57,285 nucleotides of DNA from Candidatus Cloacimonadota bacterium (lineage in GTDB: Bacteria > Hydrothermota > E44-bin80), in contig DAOVSH010000001.1 in NCBI GenBank assembly GCA_030633565.1, positions 1-57,285 of the forward strand, read 5' to 3'. Below the pieces are notes generated by a model that worked only from the letters and a program-made list of their open reading frames with translations, was not told the origin of the DNA and did not search any database. Position numbers and translations under genes: made by a program. Of this stretch, positions 1-8,893 are shown piece after piece. Each line of letters starts with the position of its first letter. Position 1 is the stretch's first letter.

Positions 1-425
1 ATCTGCATCGCGATACGTGAGCGTTCTAAAAATCCTCTAAATTTCACACGTACGCCTTCGTAATAAACATCCTCTTTTATCTTCTGTCCCTTCACCGTCT
101 CGGAATCAAAAACAAGCCCATCTGGAGTTACCGCAACCTTACATACATCCCTTATTACTTTCTCAATAGTTGCTATCTGATTGTCATAACGTGCCGATAA
201 ATCTATATCAAGGGTCGTTCGTCTTTCAGGCACCTGCCACACTGTAAACATAAGAGCACCTTTCAAAATAAACTTATCCGCATATTTAGAACGGCTAAAC
301 CTATAAAGAAATCTTTCCATCCCATAATATTGCAAAACCTCCGCAAATGGACGGTTCGTTTCTTTCGCTTTATTTTGAAGTTGAGCTCGCACAGAAGCTT
401 CTATATTCTTAATATTCTTTTTCAT
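1..425 (-). CDS. AbiEii-type nucleotidyltransferase toxin (type IV toxin-antitoxin / abortive infection AbiE), N-terminal part only; the gene runs off the window start
   Basis: Minus-strand translation from the ATG at rc 423-425 gives MKKNIKNIEASVRAQLQNKAKETNRPFAEVLQYYGMERFLYRFSRSKYADKFILKGALMFTVWQVPERRTTLDIDLS... This matches the conserved AbiEii/DUF1814 N-terminus (SVRARLLN...ERFLYRLS...F.LKGG). Its start overlaps the upstream stop as ATGA. It is absent from the ORF track because it is partial. Confidence 0.7.
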   Translation of the reverse strand, partial: MKKNIKNIEASVRAQLQNKAKETNRPFAEVLQYYGMERFLYRFSRSKYADKFILKGALMFTVWQVPERRTTLDIDLSARYDNQIATIEKVIRDVCKVAVTPDGLVFDSETVKGQKIKEDVYYEGVRVKFRGFLERSRIAMQ

Positions 426-1024
426 ATCATCGCTTCCAGTATTGGTTTTATTATACTATCGACTCGGCAAATCTTGGCGTATTTCATGATCTCTTTTGGC
501 TTTATGCCTTTTTCTGTAACAGCAACCTTGAGGGCATTTCTCGCAACATTTACACCTATTTTATTGCGGAATTTAAAGCAGTCGGCAATCGTCTTAGCAA
601 GGCTATAAACTTTGATTTCATGTCCTTCGATTTCATGTTTTTCAATCCCTGCTTCCCATGATTTAAGTGCGAAACGGTAAAATTTTACCGGGGGATACTT
701 AATTCTATTAGCATGTGTACGTTGCGGAATAGCTATATCCACATACCTCGGGATTTCGCTTGTCGCTTCATAAAAAGAAAGGGCAGAAAGAAGACAAACA
801 ATACCCTTAGGTGTCTGAAGTGATGCAATAACAAGATCGGGATGAGAACCCGGAGTATAATCAGTTACCCGATAAAGGCCCCGGGCAATCTTTTCAACCT
901 TTTTCTTTTTTTCAAGAGCGCTAAGCGAATCAGGATGAAAGCCAGCCTTTAGAATAGTGGAAAATCGAACTATCCCGCCATTCCTCTGAAAAAAACTCAT
1001 AAGTTCCTGTGTTCGTGTTCGCAT
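422..1024 (-). CDS. AbiEi-type antitoxin / transcriptional regulator (type IV TA system AbiEi family)
   Basis: 200 aa. The N-terminal region (MRTRTQELMSFFQRNGGIVRFSTI...KIARGLYRV) fits the AbiEi_4 winged-helix pattern, followed by a longer C-terminal domain. It sits immediately upstream of the AbiEii toxin gene and is translationally coupled to it through an ATGA overlap. Confidence 0.75.
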   Translation of the reverse strand: MRTRTQELMSFFQRNGGIVRFSTILKAGFHPDSLSALEKKKKVEKIARGLYRVTDYTPGSHPDLVIASLQTPKGIVCLLSALSFYEATSEIPRYVDIAIPQRTHANRIKYPPVKFYRFALKSWEAGIEKHEIEGHEIKVYSLAKTIADCFKFRNKIGVNVARNALKVAVTEKGIKPKEIMKYAKICRVDSIIKPILEAMI

Positions 1025-1059
1025 TTAACCTCCGTATAATTTCTTACTACTTGTCAACA

Positions 1060-1106
1060 AGTATACATAATTTATACGATTATGTCAAATGATATTTTAT
1101 GTCAAA
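1060..1106 (-). promoter_or_regulatory. Sigma70-like promoter of abiEi with a duplicated -35-containing 9-bp direct repeat (candidate AbiEi operator)
   Basis: Minus strand: TTGACA (1088-1083), 17-nt spacer, TATACT (1065-1060). A GGAGG Shine-Dalgarno lies about 6 nt before the ATG at 1024. TATGTCAAA occurs twice on the plus strand (1081-1089 and 1098-1106), giving a second TTGACA 17 bp upstream. Confidence 0.4.
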
Positions 1107-1148
1107 CATATGTTAGGATGAAATAATCATCCATAGAATCACGTCAGG

Positions 1149-2390
1149 TTATAGAGACGTAGAGGGAATCCTACCGTATGTGTCATATCCTGAGATGGTT
1201 TGAATAACTACATTCTTGAATCTATTCTCACAGTTTTCAGTTTTTGGAATAAGAACCCTGATATAGTTCCCAGAGAATCCAACCATCATTTTTGTTAATT
1301 TATCCCTTTTTGTTTCTACGAGAACACTTAGATGTTTTCCAATATAATTCTTTCTGAAATTAATGGACTTTTCAAGACCAAGCTCCCGTAATAAAGCACT
1401 ACGTCTTTTCTTCTCTGATTCATTCACAATATCTGGCATTATTGCTGCAAGGGTTCGTCTCATCGGGGAATATCGAAATACATGGAGATATGTGAAAGGA
1501 AATTCCTTTATAAACATGTATGTATGTTTGAATTCTTCAGTTCGCTCAGAGGGAAAACCAGTAATAATGTCAGCGCCAATACCACAATCATTAATATATT
1601 TCGTTATTTTATTCAGTTTGTGAGCAATGTCAGAAGGGCTATATTTTCGTCCCATCGCCCTTAACACTTTTTTATCACCGCTCTGGAGCGATATATGAAA
1701 ATGGTGGCATATTTTCTGAGATTCAGAAACTATATCGATGAGTTCATCGGTAATTTCCTCCGGGTTGAGAGAACCAAGCCTTATTCTTTCTAACCCCTCA
1801 ATACTTTCTATCTGTTTAAGAAGTTTGGCAAGAGCTTTTCCCTGGTCTTTATACCTTCCGATGTGAACACCTGTTAGTGTAATTTCCATAAATTTGTTTT
1901 TTACAAGAGTTTCAATCTCTCTTATGATTTCTTTTGAGGGTCTTGAATACTCTCTTCCACGTAAATATGGGACAATACAATATGAACAGAACCTGTTACA
2001 TCCTGTCTGGACTTTTACAAAGGCTCTTGTATGATTATCAAATTTACTAATTTTCTTTTTTGTAGAAGAAAAAAAATTTTCAAAAAAGGAACTTTTACTT
2101 GAATTTGACACATAAATATCTGCTTCCTTCAAATTGTTTTGTATCTCTTTCGGGTAACATCCTGTAACAATAATTTTTGCATTCTTTGATTTTCTTCTTG
2201 CTCTTCTAATAATATTTCTTGATTGCTGAGCGGCATTCATAGTCACTGAACAGGTGTTGATGACATATATATCAGCAATTTCATCATTAAAATCGGTAAT
2301 TTTATATGATGAAGCTTCTGCCATTTCCTTAAGAAGTTGGGTATCGTACTGGTTTAATTTGCATCCGAGCGTTTCAAATGAAATTTTCAT
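1149..2390 (-). CDS. MiaB-family radical-SAM tRNA methylthiotransferase (MtaB/RimO-like)
   Basis: 413 aa. MTTase N-domain (MKISFETLGCKLNQYDTQ), radical-SAM CNRFCSYC motif, and a C-terminal TRAM-like region. Confidence 0.85.
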   Translation of the reverse strand: MKISFETLGCKLNQYDTQLLKEMAEASSYKITDFNDEIADIYVINTCSVTMNAAQQSRNIIRRARRKSKNAKIIVTGCYPKEIQNNLKEADIYVSNSSKSSFFENFFSSTKKKISKFDNHTRAFVKVQTGCNRFCSYCIVPYLRGREYSRPSKEIIREIETLVKNKFMEITLTGVHIGRYKDQGKALAKLLKQIESIEGLERIRLGSLNPEEITDELIDIVSESQKICHHFHISLQSGDKKVLRAMGRKYSPSDIAHKLNKITKYINDCGIGADIITGFPSERTEEFKHTYMFIKEFPFTYLHVFRYSPMRRTLAAIMPDIVNESEKKRRSALLRELGLEKSINFRKNYIGKHLSVLVETKRDKLTKMMVGFSGNYIRVLIPKTENCENRFKNVVIQTISGYDTYGRIPSTSL

Positions 2391-2540
2391 ATTTTTATTT
2401 TGTTTTTCTTATTTTTGCACAAGATTATCTGGACAATAAACTTAAATTAACTATATTATAAAACAACGTTTCAGTCAAGATTTTTCTCAAAACCAAAGGA
2501 GTACTGTTTCGTGATATTTATGAATATGTGTTGCTTTAAT

Positions 2541-2580
2541 AAAAAAACAGCAGGATACTATTATCCTGCTGTTTTTAATA
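2541..2580 (-). terminator. Rho-independent terminator downstream of the Spy-like gene (bidirectional in form)
   Basis: aaaaaaACAGCAGGATActattATCCTGCTGTtttt: a 10-bp GC-containing stem flanked by an A-run and a T-run, located 22 nt past the stop of the minus-strand gene that ends at 2602. Confidence 0.5.
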
Positions 2581-2601
2581 CCTGTTCAGTAATTAGAAAA
2601 A

Positions 2602-3072
2602 TTAAGGTTCCATACGATGCTTAGGATGTTCTGGAGGGTTATGTCCACCCCTTTTGTGTCTATGTTCTTTCATAGCCTGTCGTTCTCTTTTAAATTCCTC
2701 GAATTTTTCAAGTTGTTCTGAAGTGAGGGTTTTCTTTATTGAAATCAATTGTTTAATTTGCAAGACACGTGCTTCTGTTTTCTTTTTCATTATATCATTT
2801 ATAAGAGAAACTGCTTTTCCCTCATTGGGTTTGTCTTCATCAAGCGCAACTTTCAAATCTATCTCTTTCAATTCAATGTCTGCACGGATCTTTATCATTT
2901 TCTTTTTTGTGTTGATAGTAAGTTCTTTTATTTCTTTAACTTGTTCATCGCTCAATCCAATCTCTTTAGCAAGCTTTTTATTTTTTATAAGCGCTTGAAA
3001 TTCGCAGAAAGATGGTACTGCAAAGGCGAATATAAGGAGTGCTGAAACCAATGCGATTGTTATTTTTTTCAT
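2602..3072 (-). CDS. Periplasmic LTXXQ-motif protein, Spy/CpxP family (envelope stress chaperone-like)
   Basis: 156 aa. Signal peptide MKKITIALVSALLIFAFA. Two LTXXQ-type motifs (LSDEQVKEIKEL and LTSEQLEKFEEF). Charged helical composition with a His-rich tail. Confidence 0.6.
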   Translation of the reverse strand: MKKITIALVSALLIFAFAVPSFCEFQALIKNKKLAKEIGLSDEQVKEIKELTINTKKKMIKIRADIELKEIDLKVALDEDKPNEGKAVSLINDIMKKKTEARVLQIKQLISIKKTLTSEQLEKFEEFKRERQAMKEHRHKRGGHNPPEHPKHRMEP

Positions 3073-3279
3073 TTTTTCACCTCCTTCAAGTTACTTTTTA
3101 GATTTTCTATTCGAATATTTAGATGTAAAATAAATGAGAAGGTTTAAATATATTTATAGGTTATGATATACTGATAGAAATTAAATGGGAATTTCCAAAT
3201 CTCAATATACAAATCACAAACAATACCAAAATTACAATACCAATATATACAAAATCTTATTGAATGTTTTATTGAAACC

Positions 3280-3311
3280 CAAAAAAGCCCCGATTATCGG
3301 GGCTTTTTTTA
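3280..3311 (-). terminator. Rho-independent terminator at the 3' end of the BMC shell gene pair (bidirectional in form)
   Basis: aaaaaaGCCCCGattatCGGGGCttttttt. The hairpin lies immediately after the stop codon at 3309-3311 on the minus strand, with T-runs on both strands. Confidence 0.6.
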
Positions 3312-3752
3312 CATTACCTTCTTAATCTCTTTAATTAATTTATCTTTATTGGATTTAGAGATTTCTCTTCCCTTAATTTCAATTCCGTCCGTATTTCTTG
3401 CAATTTTTCGCAGTTCTGTAACAGATAATTCTTCAAGGATTTTTATATCTGTTTTTTCTCCCTTTGTGGAAGCTGGTTTTGTTGTTGCATGAACTATGGA
3501 ATAGATTTCAATGTGTGGTCTTGGAATTACATGGACTGATATTAATTCCCCTATTTGTGCAGAACGATTTGCAGCTGTTTCAACTGCTGCTTTCACCGCA
3601 GCAACTTCCCCAATAATTTTTACACAGACATATCCTCCAGTTGATAGTTCGTATCCTAAAAGATGAACTTCTGCAGTTTTTGTCATTGCATCTGCTGATT
3701 CAATCGCAGCTGTGAGACCCTTTGTTTCGATCATTCCGAGAGAATATTCCAT
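3309..3752 (-). CDS. BMC-H microcompartment shell protein (PduA/EutM/CcmK fold) with a ~55-aa C-terminal extension
   Basis: MEYSLGMIETKGLTAAIESADAMTKTAEVHLLGYE...GEVAAVKAAVETA...HVIPRPH is the canonical BMC domain. The tail (ELSVTELRKIARNTDGIEIKGREISKSNKDKLIKEI) resembles a Rho_N/SAP-type helix-extension-helix motif. Confidence 0.85.
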   Translation of the reverse strand: MEYSLGMIETKGLTAAIESADAMTKTAEVHLLGYELSTGGYVCVKIIGEVAAVKAAVETAANRSAQIGELISVHVIPRPHIEIYSIVHATTKPASTKGEKTDIKILEELSVTELRKIARNTDGIEIKGREISKSNKDKLIKEIKKVM

Positions 3753-3758
3753 ATTGTT

Positions 3759-4058
3759 TTACTCCAAAAACTTACCTTTATTTGGTAGAATTTCTTCAAC
3801 CTCTTGGTGTGGTCTTGGAATTACATGGACTGAAACGAGTTCACCGACTCTTCCTGCCGCTGCTGCACCTGCATCAGTTGCTGCCTTTACAGCTCCAACG
3901 TCACCTCTGACGAAAACAGTGACATAACCACCACCTATTTTTTCTTTTCCTATAAGATGGACTCTTGCTGCTTTAACCATTGCATCTGCAGCTTCTATTG
4001 AGCCGATAAGACCTCTTGTTTCTATCATTCCAAGTGCTATTCCAATTTTTTCAGCCAT
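3759..4058 (-). CDS. BMC-H microcompartment shell protein (PduA/EutM-like)
   Basis: 99 aa: [84 protein letters not shown]. This is a textbook single-domain hexamer shell protein. It sits 6 bp from the neighbouring shell gene. Confidence 0.9.
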   Translation of the reverse strand: MAEKIGIALGMIETRGLIGSIEAADAMVKAARVHLIGKEKIGGGYVTVFVRGDVGAVKAATDAGAAAAGRVGELVSVHVIPRPHQEVEEILPNKGKFLE

Positions 4059-4219
4059 AAAACCCCCTTCTAAAGGTTTTTGTTTTTTTTCGTTTTACAC
4101 AAATACAGAACTTTTGTCAACTATTATTTTGAAAATTTCTATCCATTATCGAATGTTTAAACTCTAATTTAAATAATAAATGTCTTGATTTTTTTAAATA
4201 ATGTGGTAAAATTATTAAA

Positions 4220-4972
4220 ATGAAAGATATAATTTATTGTATTTCGGATGCTCATCTCGGGGCAGATGATAAAATTAAAGAGAAAAGAAAGGAAAAGTAT
4301 CTTTTATCCTTTCTTGAAAAGGTAAAACAGGAAAAGGCTGATCTTATAATTGGTGGTGATTTATTTGACTTCTATTTCGAATATAATTCTGTTATTCCAA
4401 GGCTATATTTTGATGTTTTAGCAAAACTTAAGGAAATAATAAAGGCAGGTGTAAGTGTATGGTTTATTGCAGGAAATCATGATTTCTGGGTTGGTCCTTT
4501 TTTTGAAAAAGAAATTGGAGTGAGAGTTTATAAAAAATCGATGAAGTTTAAATGCTTTAGTAAGAGAATATATTTTGCACATGGTGATGGACTTGGACGA
4601 TTTGACCTTGGACACCTGCTTTTACAGCTTCTTTTAAGGCAGCCAATAAATATTTTCCTTTTTTCTCTTCTACATCCTAACTGTGCATATGCTCTTGGGA
4701 GATGGGTCTCAAAGATGAGCAGACAGAAATCTTCGAAAAATAAATTTTCATTGGAAGGACATCCATTGAAGAGTTTTGCAGAGAATATGTGGGAGATTGG
4801 GTATGATGCGGTGATACTTGGACATATTCATTATCCACATATTGAGGAGAAAGATGGAAAAATATTTGCAATTATTGGTGATTGGATAGATAATTTTTCC
4901 TATATTCGAATATCAAAAAACGGGATTTCACTTCATTACTTTAAGAATAAAACAATAGAACAAAGGAAGTAA
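4220..4972 (+). CDS. Calcineurin-like metallophosphoesterase, LpxH-like (putative UDP-2,3-diacylglucosamine diphosphatase)
   Basis: 250 aa with the motifs DAHLG, GGDLFD, GNHDFW and HGD, in the order and spacing typical of LpxH-family phosphoesterases. A possible extended -10 promoter (TGgTAAAAT, 4204-4212) lies immediately upstream. Confidence 0.55.
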   Translation: MKDIIYCISDAHLGADDKIKEKRKEKYLLSFLEKVKQEKADLIIGGDLFDFYFEYNSVIPRLYFDVLAKLKEIIKAGVSVWFIAGNHDFWVGPFFEKEIGVRVYKKSMKFKCFSKRIYFAHGDGLGRFDLGHLLLQLLLRQPINIFLFSLLHPNCAYALGRWVSKMSRQKSSKNKFSLEGHPLKSFAENMWEIGYDAVILGHIHYPHIEEKDGKIFAIIGDWIDNFSYIRISKNGISLHYFKNKTIEQRK

Positions 4973-5007
4973 TCAATTAAAGTCTTTGGTCTTATGTCTG
5001 GGTTTTA

Positions 5008-5889
5008 CTATTTCCCTTTTGGTAATTCAGTACCTATAGGTGCACGAAGGAATTTTTTAACAGAGATATGACTGCCAATATATCCAAGTAAAGTTCCAAA
5101 AACTACTACAATTATAAATAATTCTCTTGTTACTTGTATAAAATCACCAAGCCTTGCAGCAAAAATATTATAAATACCAAAAAGAAGCCCCGATGCAAAA
5201 CCACCTGCCAAAATACCCTCAATTACCCCTTCTACAAGGAATGGGCTGATGATAAATCTATGGGTAGCACCCACGAGTTCCATTATTTCAATCTGTTTAC
5301 GCCGAGCAAAAACTGTTAATTTAATAGTATTTGCTACAACAAAAATAGAGGAAAAACTGATTATTACACCAAGAATTAAATCAATACCTACCAATACTTT
5401 TACGACTCTATCAAGGATTTTTACCCATTCTTCGCCATATTTTATTTCTTCTACACCTGGCATTGCATCAACCTTACGGGAGATACTTTCGAGATTTTTA
5501 GGATCCTTGAAACTCTCGTATAATTTAATGTCAAATGATGCTGGCAATGGGTTTGTCTCCAATGCTTCAAGAAGGTCTGAATCTTCCCCAAGGTCCTCTC
5601 TAAATTTTTCAAAAGCTTCGCTTTTTGATACAAAAATAACCTCTTGAACCCCCATTAGTGATGAAATATCTCTTTTTAATGATTCAATTTCGTTATCTGA
5701 AAGTTCATCTTCTAAAAAGGCACTAATTCCAACCTTCTCTTCTGCTTTTTGAATTAGAAGGAATAGGTTAACTGTTGAAATAAGAAAGAGACCAAATATG
5801 AAAAGAGAAAAGAACATAACACCGAAAGTCACGAGTGCCATCAATTTATTTTTAGAAAGTCCTCTGAATGCTTCTCTGAGAATAAACAT
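5008..5889 (-). CDS. ftsX: Cell-division ABC transporter permease FtsX
   Basis: 293 aa. N-terminal MFILREAFRGL motif, a large periplasmic loop, and three C-terminal TM helices. Directly downstream of the ftsE-like ATPase gene. Confidence 0.8.
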   Translation of the reverse strand: MFILREAFRGLSKNKLMALVTFGVMFFSLFIFGLFLISTVNLFLLIQKAEEKVGISAFLEDELSDNEIESLKRDISSLMGVQEVIFVSKSEAFEKFREDLGEDSDLLEALETNPLPASFDIKLYESFKDPKNLESISRKVDAMPGVEEIKYGEEWVKILDRVVKVLVGIDLILGVIISFSSIFVVANTIKLTVFARRKQIEIMELVGATHRFIISPFLVEGVIEGILAGGFASGLLFGIYNIFAARLGDFIQVTRELFIIVVVFGTLLGYIGSHISVKKFLRAPIGTELPKGK

Positions 5890-5903
5890 AATAATTTATT
5901 TTT

Positions 5904-6602
5904 TTATAAATTATCGAGAAATATTTCTTCTTTCAGGTTGTCTTTTGTATCTTCGATTACCTCACCCATCTTCACTACAATTTTTCTAAACGGGCTTTTT
6001 TTTACAAGGTGGATTTCATGAGTAGCCATTATGACAGCAGTACCTGAGGCATTTATATCTTTAAGCAGTTCAAGAATCTGTTTTGTACTTTCGGGGTCAA
6101 CGTTTCCTGTGGGCTCGTCCGCAAGTAGAATAAATGGTTCTCTGACCAATGCTCTAGCAATTGAAACCCGCTGCTGTTCACCTCCAGACAGCTGATATGG
6201 GAATGAATCCCTTTTGTGACTCAGATGAACGTCTGCAATTGTTTTCAAAACCTTCTCTTTTATCTGTTTTCTTGGTGTTCCTGTTACCTGTAGGGCGAAT
6301 GAGACATTGTCAAATAGATCCCTATCCTGAAGTAGTTTAAAATCCTGAAAGATGACACCAATTTTTCTTCGAAGGAAAGGAATTTCTTTGGATTTTATAC
6401 TTGAAGAGTGATACCCTGCAACTATTACTTCCCCTTTTGTTGGAAAAATATCCATGTACATAAGCCTTAAAAGGGTTGTCTTTCCACATCCAGAAGGACC
6501 AGTGACAAAGATGAATTCGCCCTTCTCAATCTTTAGGTTTATGTTTTTTAATGCATACCACTCTTTATGAAAAACTACATCAGTATCGTATATCTGTATC
6601 AT
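5904..6602 (-). CDS. ftsE: Cell-division ATP-binding protein FtsE
   Basis: 232 aa. Walker A GPSGCGKTT, ABC signature LSGGEQQRVSIARAL, Walker B ILLADEPTGNVD. Upstream partner of ftsX. Confidence 0.85.
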   Translation of the reverse strand: MIQIYDTDVVFHKEWYALKNINLKIEKGEFIFVTGPSGCGKTTLLRLMYMDIFPTKGEVIVAGYHSSSIKSKEIPFLRRKIGVIFQDFKLLQDRDLFDNVSFALQVTGTPRKQIKEKVLKTIADVHLSHKRDSFPYQLSGGEQQRVSIARALVREPFILLADEPTGNVDPESTKQILELLKDINASGTAVIMATHEIHLVKKSPFRKIVVKMGEVIEDTKDNLKEEIFLDNL

Positions 6603-6719
6603 AGTATACTTTTATTTTGGTTTACATTATACTAAATCTTTCGTTTTGTCAATAGAAAAATCAGGTTACCTAACACACTTTTAAAATTAAAAAGCAAAAT
6701 TAACAAAAAATAAGACCTC

Positions 6720-8882
6720 TTATTCTTTTATCCCGAATAAATCGAAGATAAATGCATATTCAAAAGCGATGTCCTTAAGGTAGTCATATCGTCCAGAAGC
6801 ACCCAAATGTCCTGCACCCATTTCTGTTTTTAGCAGTAGAATGTTTTTATCTGTTTTTAGACTTCTTAATTTAGCTGTCCATTTAGCTGCTTCCCAATAC
6901 ATTACACGCGTATCATTCAGACTTGCAGTAATCAGTAAATTGGGATACTCTTTGTGTTCAACGTTGTCATATGGAGAATATGACTTTATATAGTTATAAT
7001 ATTCCTTATCGTTAGGATTACCCCACTCTTCATATTCGAGAACGGTTAGTGGTAAAGAGGGGTCAAGCATGGTGTTGAGAACATCAACAAAGGGGACATC
7101 AGCAATGGCAGCTTTGAAAAGGTCTGGTCTCATATTTACTACTGCACCAACGAGTAATCCTCCAGCACTTCCTCCAAAAACGACCAGATTATTATGTGAC
7201 GTATAATTTTCAGCAACTAAATGTTCTGCACAGGTAATAAAATCAGTGAAGGTATTCATTTTACACAACAACTTTCCCTGTTCATACCAGTATCGACCCA
7301 TTTCACCCCCACCACGGACATGGCTAATTCCATATATAAAACCACGATCCAGGAGGCTCAACCGGATCGAGGAAAAGTATGAATCATAACTACTTCCATA
7401 TGCACCATAGCCAAATAATATCAGAGGATTACACCCATCCTTAACAATTCCCTTTTTATAAACTAACGATATTGGGATCATGGTTCCATCCTTAGCTTTA
7501 GTGAAAATTCTCTCTGATTGGTAATTGGATGGATCGTATCCACCAAGTACTTCGTACTGCTTTTTCAGTTCACGAATCCTGTTGTCCATATTGTAATCGA
7601 AGACAGATCTTGGTGTAATAAAGGATGTGTAATTAAAACGAAGAATATTGGTGTTAAAATTTGGATTTCGTTCTTTCCAGTAAGTATAAACAGGTTCGGG
7701 AAAATCTACATAGTGAATTTCATTAGTGTTAAGATTCATTATTCTAATCTTTTGTAGACCATTTTCCCTTTCATAAACCACAAGATGGTTTTTAAAAACT
7801 TCGAAACCATCTATTTTTATTGAATCTCTGTGGGGTATAACACACTTCCAATTTTCCTTAGAATGATTTGCTACAGGGGTTTCCATTAACTTAAAATTAT
7901 TTGCCATCTCATTTGTAATAATGAAGAATATATCTCTATAAGATTCAACGTAATATTCAACTTCATGTTTTCGTGGATGAATGAGTTCGAAATCCCCTGT
8001 TGGGTTATCAGCCTGTAAGTAATAGAACTCAGATGTAGTATGGCTTCCCATTTCCATTAATAAATACTTTCTATTTTTTGAAATTACTATATAAAGGAAA
8101 AAAGCATTATCCTTTTCATGGTAAATAAGTTTATCCTCATCAGGATGCGTTTCTATTATATGTCTGTAAAGCTTATAGGGACGTTTTGTATCATCAAGTA
8201 TGGTATAGAAAATGGTCTTGTTGTCATTAGCCCACTCAACAGTATAACCTGTATTCGGGATTTGCTCAGTGCATAATTCATCCTTATTTAAATCCTTAAT
8301 ATAGAGTGTATATATTTCTGAACCTGTTGTATCTACAGAATAAACAAGGAATTTATGATCCGGACTGATTTCATAAAGACCTATCTCAAAATATGAATGT
8401 CCAATCGAAAGTTCGTTCTGATCGAGTAAAATCTCTTCTTGTGCATCAAGGCTTTCTTTTTTTCTACAGTAAATTGGATACTGTTTTCCTTCTTTAGTAC
8501 GTGAATAGTAGTAATAATTATCTAATCTGTATGGAACAGAAAGGTCGGTCTCTTTAATTCTTCCAAGAAGTTCTCTGTACAATTTTTCCTGAAATTCTTC
8601 AGTATGCTTCATCATGGCTTCAGTATATTTATTCTCTGCCTTCAAATAATCAATTACCTTTGAACTTAGCCTGTTTCTTAACCAGTAATAGTTATCTAAG
8701 CGAACATCCCCATGCAGGGAATCTGCTTTAGGTATTATTTCAACAACGGGAGGGGATAGATTTTGATTGTATTTAGAGGGGATATGAGAGACCCGTGTGT
8801 GAAATCTGCAACCGGAAATACAAATAATAATTAATAAAAAAATAGATATTAATAAAACATAATATCTTTTAATCAACGACAT
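6720..8882 (-). CDS. S9A prolyl-oligopeptidase family peptidase (oligopeptidase B-like), lipoprotein signal
   Basis: 720 aa. Signal peptide with a lipobox (ISGC). N-terminal beta-propeller region (DNYYWLRN). Catalytic Ser motif GGSAGGLLVGAV, with Asp and His motifs downstream. Confidence 0.8.
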   Translation of the reverse strand: MSLIKRYYVLLISIFLLIIICISGCRFHTRVSHIPSKYNQNLSPPVVEIIPKADSLHGDVRLDNYYWLRNRLSSKVIDYLKAENKYTEAMMKHTEEFQEKLYRELLGRIKETDLSVPYRLDNYYYYSRTKEGKQYPIYCRKKESLDAQEEILLDQNELSIGHSYFEIGLYEISPDHKFLVYSVDTTGSEIYTLYIKDLNKDELCTEQIPNTGYTVEWANDNKTIFYTILDDTKRPYKLYRHIIETHPDEDKLIYHEKDNAFFLYIVISKNRKYLLMEMGSHTTSEFYYLQADNPTGDFELIHPRKHEVEYYVESYRDIFFIITNEMANNFKLMETPVANHSKENWKCVIPHRDSIKIDGFEVFKNHLVVYERENGLQKIRIMNLNTNEIHYVDFPEPVYTYWKERNPNFNTNILRFNYTSFITPRSVFDYNMDNRIRELKKQYEVLGGYDPSNYQSERIFTKAKDGTMIPISLVYKKGIVKDGCNPLILFGYGAYGSSYDSYFSSIRLSLLDRGFIYGISHVRGGGEMGRYWYEQGKLLCKMNTFTDFITCAEHLVAENYTSHNNLVVFGGSAGGLLVGAVVNMRPDLFKAAIADVPFVDVLNTMLDPSLPLTVLEYEEWGNPNDKEYYNYIKSYSPYDNVEHKEYPNLLITASLNDTRVMYWEAAKWTAKLRSLKTDKNILLLKTEMGAGHLGASGRYDYLKDIAFEYAFIFDLFGIKE

Positions 8883-8893
8883 TTCCTACCTCC

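Noticed and set aside
330-608. 92-aa plus-strand ORF
   Set aside because: Lies antisense across the abiEi/abiEii junction. Low-complexity hydrophobic translation with no motif. The minus-strand genes have strong family signatures.
2654-3045. Plus-strand ORFs (114 and 98 aa) antisense to the Spy-like gene
   Set aside because: Phe/Ile/Ser-rich translations typical of AT-rich antisense. The minus-strand gene has a signal peptide and LTXXQ motifs.
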